Shown piece after piece: positions 48,708 to 60,102 of a stretch of DNA of 64,000 nt. The translations under genes were made by a program, and so were the position numbers. The DNA comes from Bacteroidales bacterium (GTDB taxonomy: Bacteria; Bacteroidota; Bacteroidia; Bacteroidales; VadinHA17). The stretch lies in contig JBBQJD010000004.1 of the NCBI GenBank assembly GCA_038325595.1, forward strand, positions 8,139 to 72,138, given 5' to 3'. The notes under the pieces are model-generated. The model saw nothing but the letters and a program-made list of their open reading frames with translations, did not search any database and had not been told where the DNA came from. Positions within the stretch are counted from its first letter, which is position 1. Each line of letters opens with the position of its first letter.

Positions 48708-49613
48708 ATGAACAAAAATGACTTTTTAAATATGATAGGGGACACTGTTCAGGTCAACCGCCAGATGGTAGGTGAAATAAGTGAACTGATCAATATCTTC
48801 CCGTATTTTCAAAGTGCTCATATGTTATTGTTGAAGGGAATGCAGAATAATGCTGATGTAAAATTCGAAAATCAGCTGAGGAGCTCATCCATTCATATAG
48901 CAGACAGGGAAGTGTTGTACTATCTGCTTAATCCTCCAAAAAAAGACAATGAACCGGATATAAAAAAAGATGAAGAACCTGAAGCATCTTTTGTTTCTGA
49001 GCAAATTGATCCCATGAGAACTGCTGAACCATCTGTTTCTGCTGAGATCATTACACCGGAAATAGTTGAATCACCAATAATGGATAGACCAGAGTTCAAT
49101 GAGAATGGTGGAGGAGCAGACCCCGGGAAGCAAAACAATTCAGAAATTGCCATGGAAGAGGCTGGTGAGGATGTACTGGAAGACTCTCATGAAATTATTG
49201 AGTCTGAAAATTCAGATCCATTGGAATCTTTTAATAATGAACTTCTTGAACTTGATATTAACCCGGAGGAAGAAGATAATAGAAATGAGATTACCCCTGA
49301 AGAGCAGCTTTCGCATGATGCAGAAAGCAAAACAAAGAAGCTGCAATCCGATTTGATTGACAGGTTTATAATTGCAAATCCTCGTATTGAGCCAAACAGG
49401 GATAAAACACTTTTGCCAGCTGAAGATATGTCAAAACCTCCCTTTGAGGTTGAGGGAGGTTTTGTTACGGAAACCCTTGCCAGAATTTATGTTAATCAGG
49501 GGTATTACTCGAAAGCTGTAGATATTTATGAAAAATTAAGTTTGAAGTTTCCGGAAAAAAGCAGTTACTTTGCAACTCAAATTGAAAAAGTTAAAGAGCA
49601 TTTAAAAAATTAA
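48708..49613 (+). CDS. Conserved Bacteroidota hypothetical protein (TPR-like ends, acidic linker)
   Basis: N-terminal FPYFQSAH...ADREVLY, acidic low-complexity middle, C-terminal LIDRFI and TETLARIY..Q.YY.KA..IYEKLSLKFPEKS.YFA. Confidence 0.8.
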   Translation: MNKNDFLNMIGDTVQVNRQMVGEISELINIFPYFQSAHMLLLKGMQNNADVKFENQLRSSSIHIADREVLYYLLNPPKKDNEPDIKKDEEPEASFVSEQIDPMRTAEPSVSAEIITPEIVESPIMDRPEFNENGGGADPGKQNNSEIAMEEAGEDVLEDSHEIIESENSDPLESFNNELLELDINPEEEDNRNEITPEEQLSHDAESKTKKLQSDLIDRFIIANPRIEPNRDKTLLPAEDMSKPPFEVEGGFVTETLARIYVNQGYYSKAVDIYEKLSLKFPEKSSYFATQIEKVKEHLKN

Positions 49614-49617
49614 TCAA

Positions 49618-49977
49618 ATGGGAATTTATATTTTTGTTTCAGTATTGGTCATTATAGCATGCTTCCTGCAGATTCTTATTGTTCTGGTACAGAATTCAAA
49701 AGGAGGAGGACTGGCTGCAAACTTTACATCTGCAGGGCAGTCTATGGGCATTCGCAAAACAGCAGATTTTCTTGAGAAATCGACATGGACCCTTGCCGGA
49801 ACAATTCTGATCCTGTGCGTTGTTGCAACGGCCACCATACCCAGAGGTTCATCAACAGGAAGATCAAGGATAGAAAATTCGATCCAGAATGTTGTGGATC
49901 CAAATGCGATTCCAACATTACCAACAGCGGTTCCAGAGCCATCTGCAACTCCTTCGGAAGACACTCAGCCGGAGTAA
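49618..49977 (+). CDS. secG: Preprotein translocase subunit SecG
   Basis: Two TM helices with VLVQNSKGGGL and FLEKSTW. Confidence 0.92.
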   Translation: MGIYIFVSVLVIIACFLQILIVLVQNSKGGGLAANFTSAGQSMGIRKTADFLEKSTWTLAGTILILCVVATATIPRGSSTGRSRIENSIQNVVDPNAIPTLPTAVPEPSATPSEDTQPE

Positions 49978-49998
49978 TCCCTACTGAATCATAATATG

Positions 49999-50033
49999 AA
50001 AGTGTCAGTTTGTCACATACTGACACTTTTTTT
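49999..50033 (+). terminator. Intrinsic terminator after secG (carries a TGTCAG/CTGACA inverted repeat)
   Basis: AAAGTGTCAGT...ACTGACACTTT followed by further Ts. Confidence 0.75.
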
Positions 50034-50147
50034 ATTTTAAAATTAACAAGCTGAGATACAAAGACTTATACTGCTTATTTTAAAAAATTGGCATCCAGGA
50101 TTAGACAGATATGATCGAAGACAGTTCAAAATGACATTTTTTCCCAT

Positions 50148-50164
50148 TTGGCATGGAATATGCT
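50148..50164 (+). promoter_or_regulatory. Sigma54-type -24/-12 promoter upstream of groES
   Basis: TTGGCATGGAATATGCT: GG (50150-51) and GC (50162-63) are separated by exactly 10 nt. Confidence 0.65.
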
Positions 50165-50212
50165 AAGTGAGGAAGTCGGAAAATTAATGTTTAACTTTTA
50201 AAAATAGATAAG

Positions 50213-50491
50213 ATGGCACAAATCAAAGGAAAAATTTTAGCAGGAAAGGTTCTTGTAAAACCAAATGAAGCTGAAGAAAAAACTGCTAGCGGAATTATAA
50301 TCCCCGATTCTGCAAAGGAAAAACCACGTCAGGGTAAAGTTATCCTTGTCGGTGCAGCCAAAAAAGATGAAGAGATGGAAGTAAAAAAAGGTGATGTTGT
50401 ACTTTATGGCAAGTATGCCGGACAGGAAATTACAATAGACGGTGAAGATTTTCTCCTGATATCTCAGACCGATATACTTTTTATAGCATAA
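50213..50491 (+). CDS. groES: Co-chaperonin GroES
   Basis: EEKTASGIIIPDSAKEKP, G.V..VG, GDVVLYGKYAG. Directly upstream of groEL. Confidence 0.95.
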   Translation: MAQIKGKILAGKVLVKPNEAEEKTASGIIIPDSAKEKPRQGKVILVGAAKKDEEMEVKKGDVVLYGKYAGQEITIDGEDFLLISQTDILFIA

Positions 50492-50508
50492 TTTTTCGAA
50501 ATTTTTAA

Positions 50509-52155
<1,647 letters not shown>

Positions 52156-52176
52156 GATCATATTACTCAATAGCAA

Positions 52177-52208
52177 ACAAAAGGGTGTGCTCAGGCATAC
52201 CCTTTTGT
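52177..52208 (+). terminator. Intrinsic terminator after groEL
   Basis: ACAAAAGGGTGTGC-TCAG-GCATACCCTTTTGT stem-loop. Confidence 0.85.
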
Positions 52209-52316
52209 GTTTTATGACTGATATTTTTAAAAAGGGACATTCCGGGGCATATCCCGGTATCCTTTATACATGTTTATTTCATTATATTTGCAACTGATAA
52301 ATACGCATATTTTTGA

Positions 52317-54104
52317 ATGGAGAATATCAGGAATTTCTGCATAATAGCTCATATTGATCATGGCAAGAGTACTCTTGCCGACAGGTTACTTGAAATAACA
52401 AAGACCATTACCGAAAGAGAATACCAGGCACAGGTTCTGGATGATATGGATCTGGAAAGGGAGAGAGGCATAACAATAAAGAGCCATGCTATCCAGATGG
52501 AATATTTTCAGGATGGTAAAAAGTTTTTTCTTAATCTTATCGATACTCCCGGACATGTAGATTTTTCATATGAAGTATCAAGGTCAATTGCTGCATGCGA
52601 AGGTGCCTTACTGGTAATTGATGCAACCCAGGGAATTCAGGCACAAACGATATCGAATCTTTACATGGCAATCGAGCATGACCTTGAAATAATCCCGGTC
52701 CTGAATAAGATGGATATGGCTGCTGCCATGCCTGAAGAAGTTAAGGATCAGATAGTTGATCTTGTTGGCTGCAAAAGGGAAGATATCATTGAAGCAAGCG
52801 CCAAGACCGGCATGGGTATAGAGAAAATTCTCACTGAAATAGTAAAGCGCGTTCCCCCTCCAAAGGGTGATGTTAATGCTCCTCTGCAGGCTTTGATCTT
52901 TGATTCAATATTTAATTCGTTCAGAGGGATAATAGCATATTTTAAAATTGTTAACGGAACTATCCGCAAGGGAGATAAGGTGAAATTCATGGGTACTGAC
53001 CATGAATATAATGCTGAAGAAATAGGAGTATTGAAGCTCAGGCAGGAACCTCGTGAGAAACTGGGAGCTGGTGATGTTGGCTATATCATATCAGGAATTA
53101 AGAACTCAGCCGAGGTTAAGGTCGGAGATACAATTACACATGTGAAAAATCCTTGCCTGACCGCAATTTCAGGTTTTGAGGATGTCAAGCCAATGGTATT
53201 TGCCGGAATATATCCCGTGGATGCCGATGAATATGAAGATCTGAGGAACTCGATAGAGAAGCTGCAGCTTAATGATGCGTCTCTGTCATTTATTCCGGAA
53301 TCTTCAGCTGCGCTGGGATTTGGATTCAGATGCGGATTCCTGGGTCTTTTGCATATGGAGATCATCCAGGAGCGACTCGACAGGGAGTTCAACATGGATG
53401 TAATCACAACGGTCCCTAATGTGTCCTATAAAGTCTATACTACAAAGGGAGAAGAGGTGGATGTTCATAATCCTTCAGGGTTGCCCCCGGTTACAAATAT
53501 CGATCGTATTGAAGAACCATATATAATTGCCCAGGTGATCACCTTATCGGAATACGTAGGTTCAATAATGAATCTGTGCATAGATAAGAGGGGAGTGCTG
53601 AAAAACCAGGTTTACCTTACAAGGGACAGAGTGGAAATCACTTTTGAGATGCCACTTGCAGAAATTGTCTTTGACTTTTATGATAAACTTAAAAGCATTT
53701 CAAAGGGATATGCTTCATTCGATTACTATTACACCACATATCAGAAAGCTGATCTGGTAAGACTTGATATACTTCTTAATGGTGAAATGGTTGATGCACT
53801 GTCAACTTTGATTTACAGGGGGCATGCATATGATTTCGGACGCAAAATGTGTGTGAAGCTGAAAGAGTTGATCCCACGACAGCAATTTGACATTGCAATT
53901 CAGGCTGCCATAGGAGCCAAGATCATTTCCCGCGAAACTGTAAAAGCAGTAAGGAAGGATGTAACTGCAAAATGCTATGGCGGTGACATTACACGGAAAA
54001 GGAAGCTTTTGGAAAAACAGAAGAAAGGTAAAAAACGAATGAGGCAGGTTGGTAATGTCGAAGTGCCACAGCAGGCATTTCTGGCAGTACTAAAACTCGA
54101 CTAA
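52317..54104 (+). CDS. lepA: Translation elongation factor 4 (LepA)
   Basis: [53 protein letters not shown]. Confidence 0.98.
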   Translation: MENIRNFCIIAHIDHGKSTLADRLLEITKTITEREYQAQVLDDMDLERERGITIKSHAIQMEYFQDGKKFFLNLIDTPGHVDFSYEVSRSIAACEGALLVIDATQGIQAQTISNLYMAIEHDLEIIPVLNKMDMAAAMPEEVKDQIVDLVGCKREDIIEASAKTGMGIEKILTEIVKRVPPPKGDVNAPLQALIFDSIFNSFRGIIAYFKIVNGTIRKGDKVKFMGTDHEYNAEEIGVLKLRQEPREKLGAGDVGYIISGIKNSAEVKVGDTITHVKNPCLTAISGFEDVKPMVFAGIYPVDADEYEDLRNSIEKLQLNDASLSFIPESSAALGFGFRCGFLGLLHMEIIQERLDREFNMDVITTVPNVSYKVYTTKGEEVDVHNPSGLPPVTNIDRIEEPYIIAQVITLSEYVGSIMNLCIDKRGVLKNQVYLTRDRVEITFEMPLAEIVFDFYDKLKSISKGYASFDYYYTTYQKADLVRLDILLNGEMVDALSTLIYRGHAYDFGRKMCVKLKELIPRQQFDIAIQAAIGAKIISRETVKAVRKDVTAKCYGGDITRKRKLLEKQKKGKKRMRQVGNVEVPQQAFLAVLKLD

Positions 54105-54136
54105 TTCTGCCCAATATGCCACATGATGCTGGCTAC

Positions 54137-54823
54137 TTAGCAAATCAGCTTATATCCTCTGCCGTGTACGTTTAATATTTTTACATCCGGATCTTTTGTG
54201 AGGTACTTCCTCAACCGGGTAATATACACATCCATGCTTCTGGCATTGAAATAATTGTCATCAATCCAGATGGTTTTCAATGCGAAATTTCTTTCAAGGA
54301 TCTCATTGCCGTGACGGCATAAAAGTTCAAGAAGCTCTGATTCCTTGGTTGTAAGGTTTATCGACTGGTCTTCATAAACCATCAATTGTTTCAGAGGATC
54401 GAAGGTATAGCCACCGATAGTGTAAGATTCTTCTTTTTTACTTTCCGAGGTTCCGGAAGATCGCCTGGAGATTGCTTTAATCCGGTACAACAATTCTTCC
54501 ATGGAAAAAGGCTTTGTGATGTAATCGTCAGCTCCTGATCTGAATCCCTCAATAATATCCTCATTCTGATTCTTTGCTGTGAGAAAAATTATAGGAGCCT
54601 CAGAATTGATCTTACGGATCTCCTTTGCCAGCGTGATACCATCCATTTCCGGCATCATTATATCAAGAATACAGAGTTCATATAAATTCTTTGAATAGGC
54701 TTCAAGAGCCTGAACGCCATTTAAAGACAGGTGTGTTTCATAGTTTTTGGCAGACAGGTAGTTCTTTAACAAAAGACCCAGGTTACTGTCGTCTTCAGCC
54801 AGAAGAATTGTGTTTTTTTTCAT
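54137..54823 (-). CDS. OmpR-family response regulator (RprY-like)
   Basis: LLAEDD, LDIMMP, FLTAK, GADDYITKPF and winged-helix ARSMDVYITRLRK...HGRGYKL. Confidence 0.93.
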   Translation of the reverse strand: MKKNTILLAEDDSNLGLLLKNYLSAKNYETHLSLNGVQALEAYSKNLYELCILDIMMPEMDGITLAKEIRKINSEAPIIFLTAKNQNEDIIEGFRSGADDYITKPFSMEELLYRIKAISRRSSGTSESKKEESYTIGGYTFDPLKQLMVYEDQSINLTTKESELLELLCRHGNEILERNFALKTIWIDDNYFNARSMDVYITRLRKYLTKDPDVKILNVHGRGYKLIC

Positions 54824-54828
54824 CTCAA

Positions 54829-56376
54829 TCAGTTTTGTGGAAGAAAAATAGTGAATTTGGTCCCTTTGCTGACCTGGCTCTCGACCTTAATATTTCCATC
54901 ATGTTCTTCGATGACCATCTTGACATAACTTAATCCAAGACCAAACCCCTTCACATTATGAACATTCCCGGAATGGACACGGAAAAACTTGTCGAAAATT
55001 CTGTTCAGATTTTCTTTGTTGATCCCTATGCCCTTGTCCTCAACATTGATCACCAGCTCTTTGTTTACATTGCAGGTTGAAATTGTTATTTCTGGTTTAC
55101 TTTTGGAATATTTCATAGCATTATCGATCAGGTTTGAGATTGAATTCAGAAAATGGATTTCATCGACCTTTACAACCGGATTCGCAGCCTGAAAATCTTT
55201 TTTTATTGAGCCACTCCTGCTTTCAATCTGAAGAGTAAAATTTTCAATTGCTTTGCTTATTATATCATGCATGTTAGTTTCTGCCATGTTGAGCTTCATC
55301 TTCATTTTTTCGAAGATAGCCATCTGAAGTACCCTCTCAACCTGGAATTTAAGTCTCATGCTTTCATCGGAAATGACTTTTGCAAGATTGTCAATATTTT
55401 TATCTTTTTCAGCAATGGATTTATCAGCCATCATCTGTGAAGCTAAAGATATGGTCGATATGGGTGTTTTAAGCTCATGAGTCATATTATTAATAAAATC
55501 ACTTCTTATTTCAGACATTTTTTTCTGTCTGAATATAACTATAAATGTCCCGGTGGAGAGTATCAGCAAAAAAAGTGTAAACAGAAGGGAAAGAAACCCC
55601 AGGTTGCCTATTTTTTCGAATTTATACTGCTGTTCCTGAAGGCAATACAAAACTATCTGATTCTGGCTGGGGACAGGGTCATTCGGGAAAAGCTGTATGA
55701 TGAATTTGTTTGTGCCTGGTTTGTCGGTGAAGCCAGATGTTTTCCAGATATTTCCCAGACGGCCTGACCTAATGGAGAATTCAAAATCGAGATAAATACC
55801 AACATTATTAAGGGCTGTGCGAAGATGTTTATTAATGTCTTCCGGATCGATCCTCTCACGGATATCGGGATTTGTGAGAAGGATTTTCTCCATTATATTT
55901 TCGAGAAAAATAATTTTATTGGTTACCCTGTCGCAGATTTCAGAATTTGTGATCTGGGGCGAGGGTTCTATTGTCAGTTCGGGTGTAAATGATGATATAT
56001 TTTCAGCTGAAATAATTATTTTATGACCTGAACCTGTTATTGCTATAGGCTCATCCGGATTATTGAGCCCATACATTTCAAGAAGTTCCGAATTCGGTCT
56101 GTATCCCTGAAGTTTTCTTGCAAGGGGGGAATTTGCAGGTACAATTGCCGTGACGGAATCAGTAGAAGCCGGATCAATATCTGCAATGATGGTTTTTATT
56201 ATCTCTTTTTCCTCAAGATCAAGAACGACTGATTCGAGGGCTTTGTTGGCAAGGTAACGGAATTGCTGGTCTGTTACAGCAATGGCATTTTTAATCCAGT
56301 ATAATTGAATTAAGATCAGGCCGGATATTGCCATAAAAAAAAAGATGGCAAGTAATACGATTGTCTTACGTTTCAT
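54829..56376 (-). CDS. Sensor histidine kinase (RprX-like)
   Basis: Two TM segments, H-box FINNMTHELKTP, N-box NLIDNAMKY, DKGIG and GFGLGL. Confidence 0.93.
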   Translation of the reverse strand: MKRKTIVLLAIFFFMAISGLILIQLYWIKNAIAVTDQQFRYLANKALESVVLDLEEKEIIKTIIADIDPASTDSVTAIVPANSPLARKLQGYRPNSELLEMYGLNNPDEPIAITGSGHKIIISAENISSFTPELTIEPSPQITNSEICDRVTNKIIFLENIMEKILLTNPDIRERIDPEDINKHLRTALNNVGIYLDFEFSIRSGRLGNIWKTSGFTDKPGTNKFIIQLFPNDPVPSQNQIVLYCLQEQQYKFEKIGNLGFLSLLFTLFLLILSTGTFIVIFRQKKMSEIRSDFINNMTHELKTPISTISLASQMMADKSIAEKDKNIDNLAKVISDESMRLKFQVERVLQMAIFEKMKMKLNMAETNMHDIISKAIENFTLQIESRSGSIKKDFQAANPVVKVDEIHFLNSISNLIDNAMKYSKSKPEITISTCNVNKELVINVEDKGIGINKENLNRIFDKFFRVHSGNVHNVKGFGLGLSYVKMVIEEHDGNIKVESQVSKGTKFTIFLPQN

Positions 56377-56565
56377 TAAGATATAAAAGTACTTGTATAA
56401 ATTTTATAATCAGAATCTTTAACTTTCTTTAACAGCTCGCGAAGACTTCACAAATATTAGATTTCTTTTAACAATTTTATTAAACTTATGTTAATTATAA
56501 CTTCTGATAGTTAGAATTGTTTTTCATTAAATATATTTGCAATGTGATTTGAGAACAATGTGTTT

Positions 56566-56582
56566 TTGGCACAATATTTGAT
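56566..56582 (+). promoter_or_regulatory. Sigma54-like -24/-12 element with no downstream CDS
   Basis: TTGGCACAATATTTGAT: TGGCAC matches the consensus, and GG-N10-GA has GA in place of GC at -12. Confidence 0.5.
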
Positions 56583-56592
56583 TTAATTATTA

Positions 56593-56668
56593 TAGAGTTT
56601 TTTTCATAGGTTAGGTTGAGTTTAGGGTTATCAAAAAGAGAGCCGCTGTATAAGCGGCTCTTCTTATT
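56593..56668 (+). ncRNA. Candidate ~75-nt small RNA
   Basis: Lies between the sigma54-like promoter and a hairpin. The body is G/U-rich (GTTTTTTTCATAGGTTAGGTTGAGTTTAGGGTTA) and has no ORF on this strand. Confidence 0.45.
56633..56668. terminator. Terminator hairpin, likely bidirectional
   Basis: AGAGCCGCT-GTATA-AGCGGCTCT, with CTTTTT on the minus side and TCTTATT on the plus side. Confidence 0.8.
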
Positions 56669-56688
56669 AAGTATTTTAAAGATCAGTG

Positions 56689-57180
56689 TTATGTAAGGGT
56701 AACAACCTTTGTAACTTTCAGGTCTTTTGCCCGTGCAGCATGATAGATGTGTTTTCTGATTATGGTGGATTTCTTCTTTTGCAGCCAGGACAGGTTTATG
56801 ACGAAAGTGGATCCATCCTTTAAAAGCAGCATGGCTTTTCTCTGTTTATGCGGCATTGTAAGCTCTATGATATCATTCCATTTAATTGTATGTTTTTTTG
56901 GATTTAAAATACCATAACGGAAGGCTATTTCATCATCATCTATCGAGAAAAACAAATCTTTTCTTTTTATTGTAGCAAGTGTTGCCACACTGAAGACGAT
57001 CAGGCTAATACCAAATGGTGCAAGGGCAAGGATGGCGGGAAGTGCTTCGTTTCCGACGATCATGCTTTTTACGAGTATAAATACACCGGAAATAAAAAAT
57101 AATCCTCCAAAACCCCATATCAGAAGTTTACGTCCTTTGGAGAACTCCTCTTCTGAAAGATTATAATACAGGTTTTCCAT
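56689..57180 (-). CDS. Hypothetical membrane protein (two TM helices and a small soluble domain)
   Basis: 163-aa ORF, co-oriented and tightly packed behind the rnc operon genes. Confidence 0.7.
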   Translation of the reverse strand: MENLYYNLSEEEFSKGRKLLIWGFGGLFFISGVFILVKSMIVGNEALPAILALAPFGISLIVFSVATLATIKRKDLFFSIDDDEIAFRYGILNPKKHTIKWNDIIELTMPHKQRKAMLLLKDGSTFVINLSWLQKKKSTIIRKHIYHAARAKDLKVTKVVTLT

Positions 57181-57183
57181 TTT

Positions 57184-57630
57184 TTACAGAATTAGATATT
57201 GTAAATTCTTATCCTTGAAATTATCTAAATCAATACTAAAAACAGCATTTACAGACTCTATTTCTCTCAAAACTGATGTGATTGTCTCAATATTCTGATG
57301 ATCCTCAGTGTAATGCATAAGAAACAGATAATCAATATTTTTTAATTTTTTCAGGAGGAAATACTTGCCGGACCGGTTTGAGAACAAGTCATAGGTCATA
57401 CCCGCTGACCCTGGCTGATCTGAAAACCTGCTGAAGGTAAGCTCATTGCCTGTTTCACTTCTTATTTTCAGAGGAGCAAGATTCCTGAGACTGATTTTGA
57501 GCTTCCGGTTAATGTTTAATGAGAGCTTATAGTCGGGTTCAGCTGAAACCAGCCCGAGGAGTATCAGATTTTCCTTATGGTTGATTTGAAGTTGAACACG
57601 TTTCACTTTTTGAATGCTCTTCATCTTCAC
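57184..57630 (-). CDS. IPExxxVDY-family-like protein
   Basis: LLGLVS...DYKL..NIN, L.SNR and LKNIDYL. Typical position next to rnc in Bacteroidota. Start is GTG 57630 or ATG 57624. Confidence 0.7.
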   Translation of the reverse strand: MKMKSIQKVKRVQLQINHKENLILLGLVSAEPDYKLSLNINRKLKISLRNLAPLKIRSETGNELTFSRFSDQPGSAGMTYDLFSNRSGKYFLLKKLKNIDYLFLMHYTEDHQNIETITSVLREIESVNAVFSIDLDNFKDKNLQYLIL

Positions 57631-57686
57631 TTATTAACAGATTAAAGTTAAAGTAAAAAATGACAAATTAAAGATTCTACTCAGAA

Positions 57687-58415
57687 TTATCGGTTAAGAG
57701 CTTTCCATGCCTGGCGTGATGCTTCCTGTTCTGCTTCTTTTTTTGATGAACCGTGTCCTTCACCTGCATCTTTATTATCAATAACAAGAGTTGTTGAGAA
57801 AACTGATTTTTTTAGTTTGAAGTCGTATTCTTCATTATATGTAAATGTGAGACTTGATTTATGCTTCTGAACCCATTCAAAAACAAGGCTTTTGTAGTCA
57901 GTGTCAGTTTTAATGATAAGATTCAGATCGAGATACTTGTTAAGAACATTTGCAATAAACAGTTTTTTTGTCTTCTCAAATCCTTTATCCAGGAAGAGTG
58001 ATCCTATAAGCGCTTCAAGTGCATCGCCAAAAAGATTCTTTGTTGAATGAGTAGAGCCGAGGTTACTAATCAGGATTTTATTGATCCCCATTGATATTGC
58101 CAGCTGATTCAGGATCTCCCTGTTTACGATCCGTGAGCGGATTTTGGTCATAAAGCCTTCATTGGCTTCAGGAAATTTCTGAAATAAAAAATCTGAGAGA
58201 ATCGCACTCAAAACAGCGTCTCCAAGATATTCAAGCCGTTCATTATTTATTTTTTTACCATCAGGAAGGGTAAAAGAAGCAGAACGATGTATAAATGCAA
58301 TCTCATACAGCTTTAGATTACCCGGCCTGAATCCGAATATATTTTTCAAACGGGTCCCGAATTCCCGTTTATCCAGAATATATGTTCCGTTTATTCTTTT
58401 ACGGAATAATAACAC
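57687..58415 (-). CDS. rnc: Ribonuclease III
   Basis: AFIHRS, NERLEYLGDAVL, GDALEALIG, and dsRBD G.G.SKKEAEQ.A. The GTG start overlaps the fabF stop. Confidence 0.96.
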   Translation of the reverse strand: MLLFRKRINGTYILDKREFGTRLKNIFGFRPGNLKLYEIAFIHRSASFTLPDGKKINNERLEYLGDAVLSAILSDFLFQKFPEANEGFMTKIRSRIVNREILNQLAISMGINKILISNLGSTHSTKNLFGDALEALIGSLFLDKGFEKTKKLFIANVLNKYLDLNLIIKTDTDYKSLVFEWVQKHKSSLTFTYNEEYDFKLKKSVFSTTLVIDNKDAGEGHGSSKKEAEQEASRQAWKALNR

Positions 58416-59662
58416 TAAAGGTTTGCTTTTGTTATTACGACTGAAGCGTTATGCCCGCCAAAACCAAATGTATTGCTTATGGCTACATTAACGGTTCTTT
58501 TCTGTGCCTTGTTAAGTGTAAGATTCAGATTCTGGTCAATTGCCGGGTCAGGTACCTTGAAGTTTATGGTGGGTGGCACTATATCGTGTACAACAGCCAT
58601 TATGGAGGCAATTGCTTCGATGGCACCTGCAGCTCCAAGAAGGTGACCGGTCATAGATTTTGTAGAACTGATATTCAGCTTATAGGCATGTTCGCCAAAA
58701 ACATTAACAATAGCTTTTGATTCAGAAATGTCGCCAAGAGGGGTGGCGGTACCGTGTACGTTTATATAGTCAACATCATGAAACTGGAGGCAGGCATCAT
58801 TGACTGCAAGTTTCATAACATTACGGGCTCCCAGACCCTCGGGATGCGGTGCGGTAAGATGATAAGCATCAGCTGTAAGCCCTGTGCCTACAAGCTCGGC
58901 ATAGATTCTTGCTCCCCTGGCTTTGGCGTGTTCGTACTCCTCAACTATCAGCGACCCGGCTCCTTCACCAAGAACAAAGCCATCGCGGGTTAAATCAAAT
59001 GGACGTGAGGCCGTTTCAAACTCATCATTATTTGTTGACAAAGCCTGAAGGGCATTAAAACCACCTATCCCCGGCTCATTTACGGCAGCCTCGGAGCCTC
59101 CTGAAATAAAAATATCAGCTTTGCCCAGCCTTATGTAGTTTATTGCATCTATTATTGCATTGGTTGAAGATGCACAAGCTGAAACAGTAGCAAAATTGGG
59201 TCCCCTGAATCCATATTTTATCGATATTGCTCCTGCAGCAATGTCGCCGATCATTTTGGGGATGAAAAATGGACTAAAACGGGGAGTCCCATCTCCCAGA
59301 ACATAGCTTTTTATTGCCAGAAAAAAGGTTTCAAGTCCACCGATACCTGAAGCCCATATAACACCAACCCTGTCCTTATCGAGTTTTTCAAGGTCCAGCC
59401 CTGAATCAATTATTGCTTCTTCTGTTGCGATCAGAGCATATTGTGAATAAGGATCAAGTTTATTGGCTTCTTTTCTGTCAAAATACTTCGAGGAGTCATA
59501 GTCTTTTAATTCACAGGCAAATTTTGTCTTGAATTTTTCGGTATCAAACCTGGTGATCTTTACGGAGCCGCTGACTCCATTAATAAGACCTTCCCAATAA
59601 TCATGCAAATTATTACCTAAGGGAGTCAGTGCTCCCATCCCTGTGACTACAACTCTTCTCAT
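58415..59662 (-). CDS. fabF: 3-oxoacyl-ACP synthase II
   Basis: RRVVVTG, SACAS, SRPFD..RDGFV.GEG, NVHGT, KSMTGHLLGAAG, SNTFGFGGHN. Confidence 0.97.
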   Translation of the reverse strand: MRRVVVTGMGALTPLGNNLHDYWEGLINGVSGSVKITRFDTEKFKTKFACELKDYDSSKYFDRKEANKLDPYSQYALIATEEAIIDSGLDLEKLDKDRVGVIWASGIGGLETFFLAIKSYVLGDGTPRFSPFFIPKMIGDIAAGAISIKYGFRGPNFATVSACASSTNAIIDAINYIRLGKADIFISGGSEAAVNEPGIGGFNALQALSTNNDEFETASRPFDLTRDGFVLGEGAGSLIVEEYEHAKARGARIYAELVGTGLTADAYHLTAPHPEGLGARNVMKLAVNDACLQFHDVDYINVHGTATPLGDISESKAIVNVFGEHAYKLNISSTKSMTGHLLGAAGAIEAIASIMAVVHDIVPPTINFKVPDPAIDQNLNLTLNKAQKRTVNVAISNTFGFGGHNASVVITKANL

Positions 59663-59685
59663 AAATAGATTTTTAAGAATGCAAA

Positions 59686-59922
59686 TTATTTTGCATTCTC
59701 CTCAATATACTTGATCGCATCACCAACTGTACCGATGGTTTCTGCCTGATCATCGGGAATTCCGATATTAAATTCTTTTTCGAACTCCATGATCAGCTCA
59801 ACAGTATCAAGAGAATCCGCTCCTAAATCATTAGTAAAGCTGGCTTCCGGAGTAACTTCTGATTCATCAACTCCTAGTTTGTCAACTATAATTTCCTTTA
59901 CTCTTGTGGCAATGTCCGACAT
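59686..59922 (-). CDS. acpP: Acyl carrier protein
   Basis: [14 protein letters not shown] phosphopantetheine site. Confidence 0.98.
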   Translation of the reverse strand: MSDIATRVKEIIVDKLGVDESEVTPEASFTNDLGADSLDTVELIMEFEKEFNIGIPDDQAETIGTVGDAIKYIEENAK

Positions 59923-60102
59923 AGTAATAAATTTTAATTAATATTAATTTTTGAACCATGCAAAGAAATATATTTGTACCATATTTTTCAAGTGATTTGA
60001 TGTTTTTTTATTTATGGTATTGTATAATAAATTGATAATTAGAAAAATAATCTTATTTTACAATATAAAAGTGTTTACTGACCAAATGCTAATTATCAGA
60101 AA

